Source: Mobula hypostoma
Taxonomy: Eukaryota
NCBI RefSeq assembly: GCF_963921235.1
Contig: NC_086108.1
Span: 22,320,001-22,384,000, forward strand
DNA length: 64,000 nt
Reading direction: 5' to 3'
Below are positions 37,831 through 50,620 of this stretch, one piece after another. Position 1 is the first letter of the stretch. Each line of letters opens with the position of its first letter. The notes below the pieces were generated by a model that saw nothing but the letters and a program-made list of their open reading frames with translations, did no database searches and was not told the DNA's origin. Made by a program: the position numbers and the translations under genes.

Positions 37831-38339
37831 AGGTATTTCCTCTAATGAAAGATCTTTCTGCACCTTTCTCATTTTTCAAGGTTTAGCTTTAGTGTATGAT
37901 TATTTCTGGAAAACCCTAAAATGTGTGAAGAGCGTCTGCAATATTCACATCCCAACCAATGTATACACTTGGAACACAACTTCTAAAGGTAGGTTGTCAT
38001 TTCTCTTATAAATTATCTGGCTCTATGTATCAACCTGCTTTGCCATGTACTAGTTTTGATCTCTACTTGTCTCGGTCAGCTACAATGTAACATGATGAAG
38101 TTGTTAGCTGTTGAATGCAGATTTCAATCTGACTAATAGCTACTATTCAATCTCCATTTCAAGTTTTACTTCTGTAAATGAAACATTGGAGTTATTACTA
38201 AATTGACATTCAAACAATTATTAGCCCACTCTTTTAAGTTGATTAAGATGAAATTGTCACTTTTACTGTTTTTTTTCTATATAAGGACTGTCTTTATTAA
38301 TTGTTGGGAATATTGCTTTCCATTCAGGTGCAAAAGAGA

Positions 38340-38760
38340 ATTAGAATCAGCTTTATTACCATTGTCTTATATGAAGTGAAACTTGTTTTTGGCAGTGGTA
38401 CAAAGCAAGTACAAAATTAAAATAAACTACTAAATAAATAGTGCAAAAAATGAATGTGCTAGTGTTTATGTGTTCATGGACTGTTTGGAAATCTGATGAC
38501 AGAGGGGAGGAAGATGTTTCTGAATTGTTGGGTGGGGTCTTCAGGCTCCCCTACCTCCTCACTGGTAGTAATGAGGAGAGAACACGTCCCAGATGTTGAA
38601 GGTCCATAGTCATGGTGTCACCTTCTTGAGGCACCACTTGAAGGTATCTGTGATGGTAGTGAGGGTTGTAGCTGTGATGGATCTTGCTAAGTTTCTGACC
38701 CTTTGCAACCAGTTAGAAAGCTCACCACTGTACACATGCATAAAATTGGAAAGAATCTCC
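38340..38760 (-). mobile_element. Rex1/Babar-type LINE 3' fragment
   Basis: AGAATCAG tail; similar to 56096-56640. Confidence 0.65.
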
Positions 38761-39299
38761 TATCAGCATTATTGTTATCCTTGTTGAACTATCTTCTCGT
38801 TTAATATTCTGATCACCTAAATCTTTAGTCACGTTCATTTTTAAAAATTATTCTTATTTTTTTTTATATATGTATCTGGTTTGAAGTGGCAGCTCCCTAT
38901 ACGATAATTTTAGCTGTTGGGATCTGAGGGTAGAACAGAAGGCAGAAATCAGAGATAGGATTCAGGCGAGGCAGTATTTAGGAAAGCATTTAAGGGTGCA
39001 AGTCTAAAACCAGTGCCCTAATCTTAAACAATGGGAAAGACGATAGGAGGACAAAGCAGGCAAAAATGGACTTGCGAAACTAATTTACAGGAGTAAAGCA
39101 GAGGACTTCTATTGCAATATCTCTTGGATCTATGCATAGGTATATTCCAATGAGAAAGAAGGGAGAAATCTGAAATGACCTTTACACTAAGGATTAAAAA
39201 AACAGTCCCAGGCAAAATAAAACGGTGAAAGAGGGCCAGGCCCTGGACTCTTAATAGATTGTATTCAATCCTGCAGATATACTAAATAGAATGGTTGTA

Positions 39300-40205
39300 G
39301 TTCACCAACAGTCCCCCTTCTGGAAAGTCCTGGAGGATAGGAAATCAGCGAATATAACTTGTGTAACAAGCAGAAGGGAGATAGAAAGCGGGATATTTTC
39401 ACCTACCACCCCACTAGCCTCTGTGTCCAGCACATAATTCTCCATAACCTGCCATCTCCAAAGGGATCCCGCCATGAAGCACGTCTTTTCAATGCCCCTC
39501 CACTTTCTGCTTTCCACAGGGATCAGTTCCAATGCAACTCCCTCGTCCATTCGTCCCTCCCCACTGATCTCCCTCCTGGTACTTATCCTTGCAAGCAGAA
39601 CAAGTGTCACACCTGCCCCTACACCTCCTCCCTCACTACCATTCAGGGCCTGAAACAGTCCTTCCAGGTGAGGTGACACCTTCACCTGTGAATTCATTGG
39701 GGTCATCAACTGTATCCAGGGATCCTGGTGTGGCCTCCATATATCCGTGAGACCCGATGTAGATTGGGAGATCGCTTCGTCGACCACCTACACTCTGTTG
39801 CCAGAAAAAGTGGGATCTCCCAGTAGCCACTCATTTCAATTCTACTTCCCATTCCCATTCCAACATGTCAGCCCATGACTACCGTGATGAGGCCCCAGTC
39901 AGGTTGGAAGAGTATCACCTTATATTCCATTTGGGTAGCCTCCAACCTGATGGCATGTACAGTGGTTTCTCAAACTTCTGGTAATTGCATCGCCCTCCTC
40001 TCCTTCACCATTCCCATTTCCCTCTCTGATCTCATCTCCTTACCTGCCCATCACCTCTCTCTGGTACTCCTCCCCCTTCCCTTTCTTCCATGGTTATCTC
40101 CCCTCTCTATTAGATTCCCTTTCTCCACCTCTTTCAACTTCCCAGCTCTTTCCTTCCCCACCCCTCCCCCTTTCTCAGCTTCACCTATCACCTGCCACCT
40201 TCTAA
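39300..40205 (+). mobile_element. Penelope-like element fragment (GIY-YIG region)
   Basis: PPGTYPCKQNKCHTCPY...SFQVR; highly similar to the reverse complement of 11500-12360. Confidence 0.8.
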
Positions 40206-41455
40206 CACTATTGTGCCAGAAATCCCAAACTTCTATTGGCACTCTTCATTAGTCCCTTGTGCTGTATACTTATTTTGTAATTTATACAGTAGTAATATTA
40301 TGTCTTTGTATTGTTTCTACCAAACAACACACTTCATGTCATATAAGATAATGATAATAAACCTGATTGTGATTGCTCATGGAGTAGCACATACAGTTTG
40401 CACTTCTTATTTAAAATGTCCTGCCATTGAGGGTGTACAGAAGAAGTTCACAAGGCTGATACCGAGAATGCAGAGGTTAAGACCATAAGACATAGGAGCA
40501 AAATTAGGCCATTTGGCCCATTTCATCATGGCTGATTCGTTTCCCTCACAACCCCATTCTCCTGTCCTATACCCATAACTTTTCATGTACTGAGTAATCA
40601 AGAACCTATCAACCTCTGCCTTAAATACACTCAATGACTAGGCCTCCATAACAGCCTGTGGCAACAAATTCCACTGATTTACCACCCTCTGGTGAAAGAA
40701 TTACCTCAACTCTGTTGTAAATGGGCATCCCTCTATTTTGAGGTTGTGGCCCTCTGTCCTAGGCTTCGCCACCAACGAAATAATCCTATTCACATCCACT
40801 CTAGGCCTTTCAAGATCCAATAGGTTTCAATGAGATTCCCCCTCATTCTTCTAAATTCTAGTGAGTACAGGCCCAAAGCCATCAATAGCTGCTCATATAA
40901 TAACCCTTTCATTTCTGTGAATTATTCTTATGCACCTCCTCTGAACCTTCTCCAATATCAGCACATCCTTTCTTAAATAGGGGTCCCAAAACTGCTCACG
41001 ATACTCCAAGTGAGGGCTCACCAGTGCCTTGCACAGCCTCAGCATTACATCTTTGCTTTTATATTCTAGTCCTCTTGAAATGAATGCTAACATTGCATTC
41101 GCCTTCCTCACCACCAATTCAAACTGCTAATTAACTTTTAGGGAATCCTGCACAAGGGCCCCAAAATCCCTTTGCACTTCGGATTTTTGAATTTTCTCCC
41201 AATTTAGAAAATAGTCTATGCTTTTCTTTCTTCTGTCAAAGTGCATGCCCATACACTTCCCAAGACTATATTCCATCTGCTACCTCTAGCCATTCTCCTG
41301 CTCCATCTAATTCCTTCTGCAGATTCCCTGCTTCCTTAACCTTATCTGCCCCCCACCTAGTTTTGTATCATTTGCAATCTTGGCCACAAAGTCATCAAAT
41401 CCATCATCCAAATTGTTAACATACAACGACAAAGAAGCGGTCCCAACACAAACCC

Positions 41456-42985
41456 CTGATGGAATGCAACCCAGGGTACTGAAAGAAATAGCAGAGGTTG
41501 TAGTCGGGGCTTTGGTGATAATTTACCAAAATTTTCTGGACCCTAGGCAAGTCCTGGCAGATTGGAAGATGGTGAATGTCATGCCACTGTTCAAAAAATG
41601 ATATAGGCAAAAGGCAGGTAACTATAGGCCAGTTAGTTTAACATCTGTAGTTGGGAAACTGCTTGAAGCTATCATTAAAGAACTAGCAAGGCATCTAGAA
41701 AGAAATGGATCCACCAGGCAGACGCAGCATGGATTCAACAAAGGCAGGTCCTGTTTGACAAACTTACTGGAGTTCTTTGAGGATGTAACAAGCGCAGTGG
41801 ATGGAGGGGAACAGATGGATGTTATTTACTTGGATTTGCAGAAGGCTTTTGATAAGATGCCACATAAAAGACTTATCCATAAGTTGGGCATAGAGTTGGG
41901 GTGATCTATTAACGTTGCTAAAGAATTGGTTAACTAATAGAAAGCAGAGTTGGGATACATGGGTGTTACTCTGGTTGGCAATCAGTGGTGAGCGGTCTGC
42001 TGCTGGGGTTGGTGCTGGACCTGCAACTGTTCACGATATACATTAACGATCTGGAAGAGGAGACCGAGTGTAGTGCATCTAAGTTTGCTGATGATACTAA
42101 ATTGAGTGGAAAAGCAAATTGTGCAGAGGATACAAAGAGTCTGCAGAGAGATATAGATAGGTTTAGTGAGTGGGCAAGGGTCTGGCAGATGGAGTACAAT
42201 GATAGTAAATGCGAGGTCATCCATTTTGGAAGGAAAAATGGAAGAGCAGATTATTATTTAAATGGTAAAAGATTGCAGCATGCTGCTGTGCCGAAGGACT
42301 TGGGAGTGTTCGCTCATGAATTGCAAAAGGTTGGTTTGCAGGTGCAGCAGGCTATCAAGAAGGCAAATGGAATGTTGGCCTTCAGTGCTAGAAGGATTGA
42401 GCAGGAAGATTATGCTACAACTGTATAGGGTACTTGTGAGGCCACATGTGGAGTACTGCATGCACTTTTAGTCTCCTTATTTGAGGAAGGATATACTGGC
42501 TTTGGAGGCAGTGCAGAGGAGGTTAACTAGGTTGATTCCAGAGCTGAGGGGGTTAGACTATGAGGAGAGATTCAGTCACCTGGGACCATACTCAATGGAA
42601 TTCAGAAGGATGAGGGGAGATCTTATAGAAACATATAAAATTATGAATGGGGTAGATAAGATAGAGGCAGGAAAGTTGTTTCCACTGCTAGGTGAGACTA
42701 GAATGAGGGGACATAGCCTCAAGATTTGGGGGAATAAATTTAGGATGGAGGTGAGAAGAAACTGCTTTTCCCAAAGAGTGGTGAATCTGTGGAATTCTCT
42801 GCCCAATGAAGCAGTGGAGGCTACCTCAGTAAATATATTTAAGACAAGGTTGGGTAGATTTTTGCACAGTAGGGGAATTAATGGTGGAGATGAGTCTATT
42901 GTCAGATCAGCTATGATCTTATTGAATGGCGGAGCAGGCTCGACAGGCCAGATGGCCTACTCCTGCTCCTATTTTAATCTTCCTA
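41456..42985 (+). mobile_element. CR1 LINE inserted antisense into CR1
   Basis: PDGMQPRVLKE, KFADDTK, LVRPHVEYC, RRMRGDLIETYKI. Confidence 0.9.
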
Positions 42986-43195
42986 TGGAACACCACTAGT
43001 TACTGGCAGCTAATCCAAAAAGGATCCCTTTACTCCCACTCTTTGCCTGCTACCAATCAGTCAATCCTCTATCCATGCTAGTATCATTCCTGTAATGCCC
43101 TGAGCTCTTATCTTGTTTAGAAGCCTCATGTGGCACCTTGTCAAAAGCTTTCTGAAAATCCAAGTACACAACATCCATTGATTCTCCTTTGTCTG

Positions 43196-44533
43196 TCATA
43201 GAAACATAGAAAACCTACAGCACAATACAGGCCCTTTGGCTCACAAAGTTGTGCCAAACATGTCCCTACCCTGGAAATTACTAGGCTTACCCATAGCTCT
43301 CTATTTTTCTAAGCTCCATGTACCTATCCAAAAGTCTCTTAAAAGACCCTATCATGTCCGCCTCCACCACCGTTGCCGGCAGCCCATTCCACGCACTAAC
43401 CACTGAGTAAAAAACTTACCCCTGACATCTCCTCTGTACCTACTCCCCAGCACCTTAAACCCATGTCCTCTTATGGCAACCATTTCAGCCCAGGGAAAAA
43501 GCCTCTGACTATTCACATAGTCAATGCCTCTCATCATCTTATACACCTCTCATCCTCCGTCGCTCCAAGGAGAAAAGATCAAGTTCACTCAACCTATTCT
43601 CATAAGGCATGCTCCCCAATCCAGGCAACATCCTTGTAAATCTCCTCTGCACCCTTTCTATGGCTTCCACATCCTTTCTGTGGTGAGGCGACCAGAACTG
43701 AGCACAATACTCCAAATGGGGTCTGACCAGGGTCCTATATAGCTGCAACATCACCTCTCGGGTCCTAAATTCAATTCCACGATTGATGAAGGCCAACACA
43801 CAGTACGCCTTCTTAACCACAGAGTGAACCTGTGCAGCTGCTTTGAGCATCCTATGGACTTGGACCCCAAGATCCCTCTGATCCTCCACACTGCCAAGAG
43901 TCTTACCATTAATACTATATTCTGCCATCATATTTGATCTACCAAAATGAACCACTTCACACTTATCTGGGTTGAACTCCATCTGCCACTCCTCAGCCCA
44001 GTTTTGCATCCTATCAATGTCCCGCTGTAACCTCTGACAGCCCTCCACACTATCTACAACATCTCCAACCTTTGTGTCATCAGCAAACTTACTAACCCAT
44101 CCCTCCACTTCCTCATACAGGTCATTTATAAAAATCACGAAGAATAAGGGTCCCAGAACAGATCCCTGATGCACTCCACTGGTGACCAATCTCCATGCAG
44201 AATATGACCCGTCTACAACCACTCTTTGCCTTCTGTGGGCAAGCCAGTTCTGGATTCACAAAGCAATGTCCCTTGGATCCCATGCCTCCTTACTTTCTCA
44301 ATAAGCCTTGCATGGGGTACCTTATCAAATGCCTTGCTGAAATCCATATACACTACATCTACTGCTCTTCCTTCATCAACGTGTTTAGTCACATCCTCAA
44401 AAAATTCAATCAGACTCGTAAAGCAAGACCTGCCCTTGACAAAGCCATGCTGACTATTCCTAATCATATTATACCTCTCCAAATGTTCATAAATCCTGCC
44501 TCTCAGGATCTTATCCATCAACTTACCAACCAC
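43196..44533 (-). mobile_element. CR1 LINE (third subfamily), 5'-truncated
   Basis: CATAGAAACATAGAAA tail; QGSVLGP, KFADDTK, YMDFSKAFDKVPH. Confidence 0.9.
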
Positions 44534-44739
44534 TCCCACTTGTTATTTCTTCACAGGATTCCAACAGATTTGTCAGTCAAGGTTTTCCCTGAAGGAAACC
44601 ATGCAGAGTTCCAGCTATTTTGTCATGTACCTCCAAGTACCCCAAAACCACATACTTTGCAATCAACTCCAACATCATTCCAACCAGTGAGGTCAGGCTA
44701 ACTAGCTTATAATTTTGTTTTTTTTTTCCCTGCCTCCGT

Positions 44740-45322
44740 TGTTAAAGTCGAATCTGAATAAAACTCAGGAGACCAGCTTCTTATAGTTACAACAGTTTAT
44801 TGCTCACCCTCCTGCAGGAGTTTGAGACCCAGTTGTCAAAGGGAAGGCAAGTAAGTACTGCCACCATCCGACAAGTGGGCCCGTTCCCTCAGGTTAAAGC
44901 CATATATTCATATATAGTAAGCCCCATACATTACTGTTGCAAGATGTTATTTGAACTGGTACACCCACCAAGTCCGTTGGTGCAAAACTTAGTTACAGAT
45001 AAGACAGTCTGCTAGATCAAGGCTTAATTACAAGTGGATGTGCTGTCCAGTCCTTATCAATTATTCCCTTTGCTAGGCCCTGACTTAGTTATAGATGGAT
45101 GTTCCTTCCTATCCTTATTGGTGAGCCCTCCTTCCCCTACTCAAATGAGGGTACAATGTACAATGTTATCAAACTCTCAATGTCTCTCTGCAAACCAGGG
45201 AGAACTATAATGAGTCTGTCTTAGCTGGCTGCTGAAGACAGAATTTACTTCAGTTCAAAATTATTCTTTTAGCCAGAGATTACATAGGTTCAAAATGATT
45301 TTTATATATCCTCAATTCCTCA
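44740..45322. mobile_element. Probable solo LTR (583 bp)
   Basis: TG...CA ends, TSD CCGT/CCCT, interrupts CR1; TTTATT near 44796 (minus-strand polyA signal). Confidence 0.6.
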
Positions 45323-45628
45323 CCCTCTCTTTTTGAAGAGTGGAGTAACACTGCATTTTCCAGTCTTCTGGAACCCATGGCAGAATCTATTGATTCTTTA
45401 AAAAATCATTACTAATGCCTCTACAATCCCTTTAGCTAACTCTTTTAGAACCCTGGGGTATAGTCCATCAGGTTGTAACTACTTTCCGACATTTCAGTTT
45501 CCCAAGCACTATCTCCCTAGTAATAGCAAACTTCTGGCATATTACTAGTGCATTCCACAGTGAAGACTGATGCAAAATACTTATTCAGTTCATCTGCCAT
45601 TTCTGTGTCCCCTGTTACTACTCTCTAG

Positions 45629-46431
45629 TGTCACGTACCCCGAGATGGGTTAAAGAACCAGCAGAAATGGAAAACACTTTGGAGTCCAGTATTGCTATTA
45701 ACTAATAATATTTATTAGTAACTACACAATACAGTAACATAAATATAGATAAATCAAATGATTTATATAAGTTAGCAATGATTATATATAAGTAAGTGTG
45801 GAATATATATGAAAACCAAGCTTCTTCAAGTCTAAGGGTAAATAGATGGTCTTATGACAATGAGTAAAGTTCAGTTCAATTCATGATAATGTGGTGGAAT
45901 CATCAACCCAGGCAAGGGTGGACACATGGACAAATCCCCATCGGTCAATCCCTTTTCTCACTGCAAGAGCTACTGATCAATCCTCCAAAAACCCACTTTT
46001 TCTGCGGGCACAACAAAGCTCATTCAGTGTTCTAAAACATGTGCCTGAGGTCTATTATCTGACCTCCTATTTATCTCACCGTACTGAGTATCAACTGACT
46101 CTCAAATAACTCCTATCTCTGTCTGTGTAAGAATGTACTAGCAGGCAAATGTCCTTGGAGAAAGTATAAACACGCTCCACCAGAGAAACTATAACATCGA
46201 TTGTCCATCAAATAACTCCGCCCTCGGTCACCATAGCGACTTACGAGCTGCTCGGTGCTCTCTCTCTCCAACTCAGCAAAAAAGTTAGTCTCAGTTTCTC
46301 CTCGTGCCTTAAAGTGACAATCCAAAAGTTATTCATCTCTCTCTTTTCAAAACAAGATGTCGGTGTCAAATACCTCTCTCTCTCTCTTTTCAAAAGCACA
46401 GTTCATTGGGGTAATTCAGGACCCCGTCACA
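45629..46431. mobile_element. Solo LTR (803 bp), Gypsy- or ERV-like
   Basis: TGTCACG...CGTCACA ends; perfect 4-bp TSD CTAG. Confidence 0.8.
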
Positions 46432-47579
46432 CTAGTGTCATTTTCCAGTGGTCCAATATCTGCTCTCACTTCTTTTACCCTCTATATAAGACCATAAGAC
46501 AAAGGAGCCTCATGTGTGGATATATATCCAAATATATCTGAAAAAATCTTTTCATATCATTTTTGATATTATTGGTTAACTTGCTTTCATATCTCATCTT
46601 TTCCCCCCTTATGGTTTTTCAAAATTTCCTAATCCTCTAACTTCCCACCAACGTTTGCTCAATTATATGCCTTCTCTTTTGCTTTTATGCTTGCTTTCAC
46701 TTACCTTGTTGGCCACAGTTATGTCATCCTGCCTTCAGAGTACTTTCTCTTTCTTTGGGATATAACTATCCTGCGCCATCTGAATTGCTCCCAGAGACCC
46801 CAGCCATTGCTGCTCTGCCGTCATCCGTTAGTGTACCCTGACAATCAACTTTGGCCAGCTCCTCTCTCATGCCTCTGTAATTTCCTTTCCTCCACTGCAA
46901 TACTGAATCTTCTGACTTTGGCTTCTCCCTCTAAAATTGCAAGGTGAATTCTATCATATTATGATCACTGCTTCCAAAGAGTTCCTTTACCTTAAGCTCC
47001 CTCATCCAATCCGATTCATTACACAACACCCAATCCACAATTGATGATCTCCTAGTGGGCTCAACCACAAGCAGTTCCAAAAAAGCCATCTTGGAGGTAC
47101 TACACAAATTCTCTCTCTTGGAATCTAGCATCAACTCAGTTTTCCCAATCTATCTACATACTGAAATCCCCCATGACTAATGTCACATTGCCTTTTTGAC
47201 TGCTTTCTCTATCTCCCACTGTAATTTGTAGACAACACCCTGGCTACTGTTCAGAGGTCTGTAAATAATTCCACCAGGGTCTTCTTGTCCTTGCAGTTTG
47301 TTAACTCTACTCACAAGGATTCACCTTCCAATCCAATGTCACTTCTTACTTGGGATTTGATTTCATTTTTTACTGGCAGAGCTACTCCACCTTCTGTACC
47401 TACCTGCCTGCCTGTCCTTTCAATAGATTGTGTATCCTTGAATATTAATTTCCCAACTACAATTGTATTTCAGCCATGACTCCATGATACTATAACATCA
47501 TACCTGCCAATCTCCAAGTGCACTACAAGATCATCTACCTTATTTCATTAACTGCATGCAGTCAAATGTAGACCTTCAG

Positions 47580-48334
47580 GTGGAGGCGGAGTTATGATGG
47601 CACTCAATGGCGACTTCTTGGAGTTCAAATGCAAAAATAGCTTAATTTCTTCCTCTGATGTCTCTCCTTTTCCTGTTCAGGGTGGATGGGGTTTTGTTGA
47701 AGACCCTGACTTGTTACACCCAGACTTCGGCTCTTTGGACCAACCGCTTTTTGAAATCCCAAGGACGCAGCTGAGAAGACAAGCGCACCTTCCGTATTCT
47801 GAGGCTTCGCAGCCCCGTGGACAGGCTGGTGCCGTTGACTGAAGTGACACGGGAGAAAACGGAACATTGGATCAGCTGTTGGGGGCTCTGTACTTGGTGA
47901 ATTATGCTCTCTCTCTGGTGGGGAAGTTTGCTGTTGATTCTCTAGTCGGAGAAAAAAAGCCAGCACAACAGACTTTATCATCGTAAGTCAGTGAGTTGTT
48001 TTGTTATATCTCCCTTATCGCTGTGAAAGGTGTCGGGTGAAGATTAGTTTGTTGTACTACAGATTATGGTCTGTCTTCGGGGCTTTGCTATTGCTTGCTT
48101 GGTGGGGTGGAGGGTACTGATGTTTTTTACGTATGTGGGTGAGGGTGGGGGAAGGTCATTGCTTTGCTGCTGCTTGTACATGGGAGGGGGGAGCAGGAGG
48201 GCTTTGGGTTCTAAAGTTTTTACCCTCACTCATTCTTTAGGGCACTCTTCTGTTTTCGTGGATGTCTGCAAAGAATAAGGATTTCAGGTTATATATTGTA
48301 TACATTTCTCTGATAGTAAATGAAATTATTGAAA
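47580..48334 (+). mobile_element. Non-autonomous retroposon without coding sequence (LINE-like 5' leader and tail)
   Basis: 6-bp TSD CTTCAG (47574-47579 and 48335-48340); starts GTGGAGGCGGAGTTATGATGGC; 3' end TTTCAGGTTATATATTGTATACATT resembles the LINE tail near 52530. Confidence 0.65.
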
Positions 48335-48924
48335 CTTCAGTCCCATATTTGTTACCCTTTTCAATTCTGTCCCCCTTTTACACAAGAAGAAAGTTTGTGT
48401 AGTTGGGAAGATTCTCCTTTAATTCTAGAAGAATAAGAGGTGATCTTATTGATTCTCAGGCCATTGAGTCATACAGCGCCACAGCACAGAATGGGAGGAT
48501 GGATTCCAAAAAGGTACATTGGGGTTGGCAGGATGGATGACGAGAGTAAATATGTTTTATTATTGCCCCAATTTTTCAAACATCTCAATAAGAGCTACTT
48601 CAATGCCTTTGAATTATCAGATCCCAGTTTTGTAAGGTAAAGGACAGTAGTCTAAACCATGCTGTGCTTCTTGCTGAAATAACAAATGACAACAATATTA
48701 TCAAAACTAGTGCACTAATTTTGCATGTGGGTCATCAGTAATCTTGTTATGATTTCAGTACATTTTCTGCAATGTAGCATAAAATCTGATGATAACTTTG
48801 AGGTAAATATTTTCCGATAGAGGAACAGCAGTACACCATGATGTATCAGGTAAAAGAGAACAAGCTGGGCTATTGCACAATATTATAATGTGAGTGTAAT
48901 TATATTAGGAAATGCCATGAATGT

Positions 48925-49390
48925 GCCACGGAAGCATAGAGGTTAGCGCAACGCTATTACAGCTCAGGCCATTGGAATGCAGAGTTCAATTCCGGCGTCC
49001 TCTGTAAAGAGTCACTGTGCATCCCTCTTGAGGGATGTGGGCGTTTTCCTTGGGTGCTCCAGTTTCCTCCCACAGTCCAACGATGTACCTAGTATGTTGA
49101 CTGGTCATTGTAAATTGTCCTTGGATTTGGTTGGAGTTAAGTCGGGGTTGTCGGTGGTTGCTGTGGTGCCGCAGCTCAAAGAGCTGGGAGGGCCTACTCC
49201 CCACTATATCTCTAAATATAAAAAAATTATTAGGATGCCACGGTAGCGAGTTGTTAGTGCGGCGCTAATACAGCTTAAAGTGTCAGAGCTTGGAGTTCAA
49301 TTCCAGTATCTGCTGTAGGTAAGTTTGGACATTCCTTCCTGTATACATGTGGGTTTCCTCCCACAGTCCAAAGACATCATTGGTTAATTG
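48925..49390 (+). mobile_element. Two tandem V-SINEs (48925-49225 and 49234-49390)
   Basis: Both have a GAGTTCAATTCC B box and GTTTCCTCCCACAGTCCAA. Confidence 0.75.
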
Positions 49391-49505
49391 GCCTGAAACG
49401 TCGACTGTACCTCTTCCTAGAGATGCTGCCCGGCCTGCTGCGTTCACCAGCAACTTTGATGTGTGTTGCTTGAAATTCCAGCATCTGCAGAATTCCTCAT
49501 GTTTA
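49391..49505 (+). mobile_element. Penelope-like tail fragment (3' half of hammerhead)
   Basis: GGCCTGAAACGTCGACTGT...GATGCTGCCCGGCCTGCTG...CCAGCATCTGCAG. Confidence 0.7.
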
Positions 49506-50169
49506 GGTATCTCATTTGCTTCTTTGTCTATCACTCCTTATATATACTTGTCTTGTTATAAATTGAATTAAGGATAGACATTGAGCACTGTCTAGCAAAC
49601 GTTAGACAGATAGGAGTTGGGGTAGAATTGCGACGCATGATAAGAGTTCATTGGTAGTGTACTAACAGCCTTGGCAACTTTTTTTCATCTAAAAAATCTA
49701 TCTTATCACAGAGAGCTGTGAATCTCTTTCCTAGTGGTTATGGAGGTAAGATTACTACAGCTGCTTCAGAAACAATTTTCAAAGAATTACAGTATCAGAA
49801 AATTGAGGGCCATGGGAAACTGGTACAGAAGTTGAGGCCAGCATAGATCAGCCATGATCACATTGAATGGTGGGGCAGGCTTAGGAGCTAAGTCGCCTAG
49901 TTTTGCTGTTGCTCCAGGTTCCAGTATCTGCAGTCTCTTATGAGCTCGAGATTTACCCTTAGTCTTTAAGATAAAAGAAAACCTGTGGTTAACCGAACCT
50001 TAAAGGAAGATTATGCTGGTAACAGTCAGTCAGTTGAAAGAGACACAGAATTGTTAAAACGAATTGTATCTCTCGCCACAGATGCTGCCTGAGCATTGTT
50101 ACATTTTCTGTATTGTTATTGCCGGGGGCTCATCTGTTCCATCCTTGCACTACCCTTTCCACCCATTCG

Positions 50170-50620
50170 TTTGACACAGCATGGCCCGAGAAAGGCGCAC
50201 AGAACGCGTGAGGGGGCCGTCCAGGCTGGGAGTTACCAGAGTTACCCTGGCCATTCGGTTCGCACTGGGAGAGCCAGAACACCATGGGTGCCGTTGAAGT
50301 AAAGCGGACGGGAACCGAAGCGAGCGGCACCACCACTCCGGCCTCCCCGGTTGACTGAGCGACACTTCCGGTCGCTGGCGTCACTACCGGAAAGGGTTTC
50401 TCTTTCCCTCCGGCTGTTCGGTCCCTGCAACTGGCTGAGCCGACAAGATGAAGCCCGGCTCCCCGACCCAGGCGCGCAGAGGTGAGGACGGGCTGGAGGG
50501 TCACCGTCGGTGCCCGGGGCTGCCGTGACGTGACGTTAAGTGGAGGTGGATATGGAGTGGGTCGTGGGGGGAGAATGCAAATCAAACGCGGAAGTGGGCC
50601 TGCCGGCGAGACAGAGGGAG
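50170..50620. promoter_or_regulatory. CpG-island promoter of a second gene
   Basis: The most CpG/GC-dense unique stretch in the window. ETS/GABP sites CACTTCCGG (50363-50371), ACCGGAAA (50386-50393), CGGAAGTG (50589-50596); CRE-like TGGCGTCA (50376-50383) and GTGACGTGACGT (50525-50536). Confidence 0.8.
50390..50481 (+). other. Candidate first exon of the downstream gene (start approximate)
   Basis: Donor AGAG|GTGAGG at 50482 inside the CpG island. ATG at 50448 gives MKPGSPTQARR, either the true start or a uORF. Confidence 0.55.

Larger units (their letters stand above)
40479..48380 (-). mobile_element. CR1 LINE host copy carrying five nested insertions
   Basis: Colinear with 26320-31450 once inserts at 41456, 43196, 44740, 45629 and 47580 are removed. 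Confidence 0.8.
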
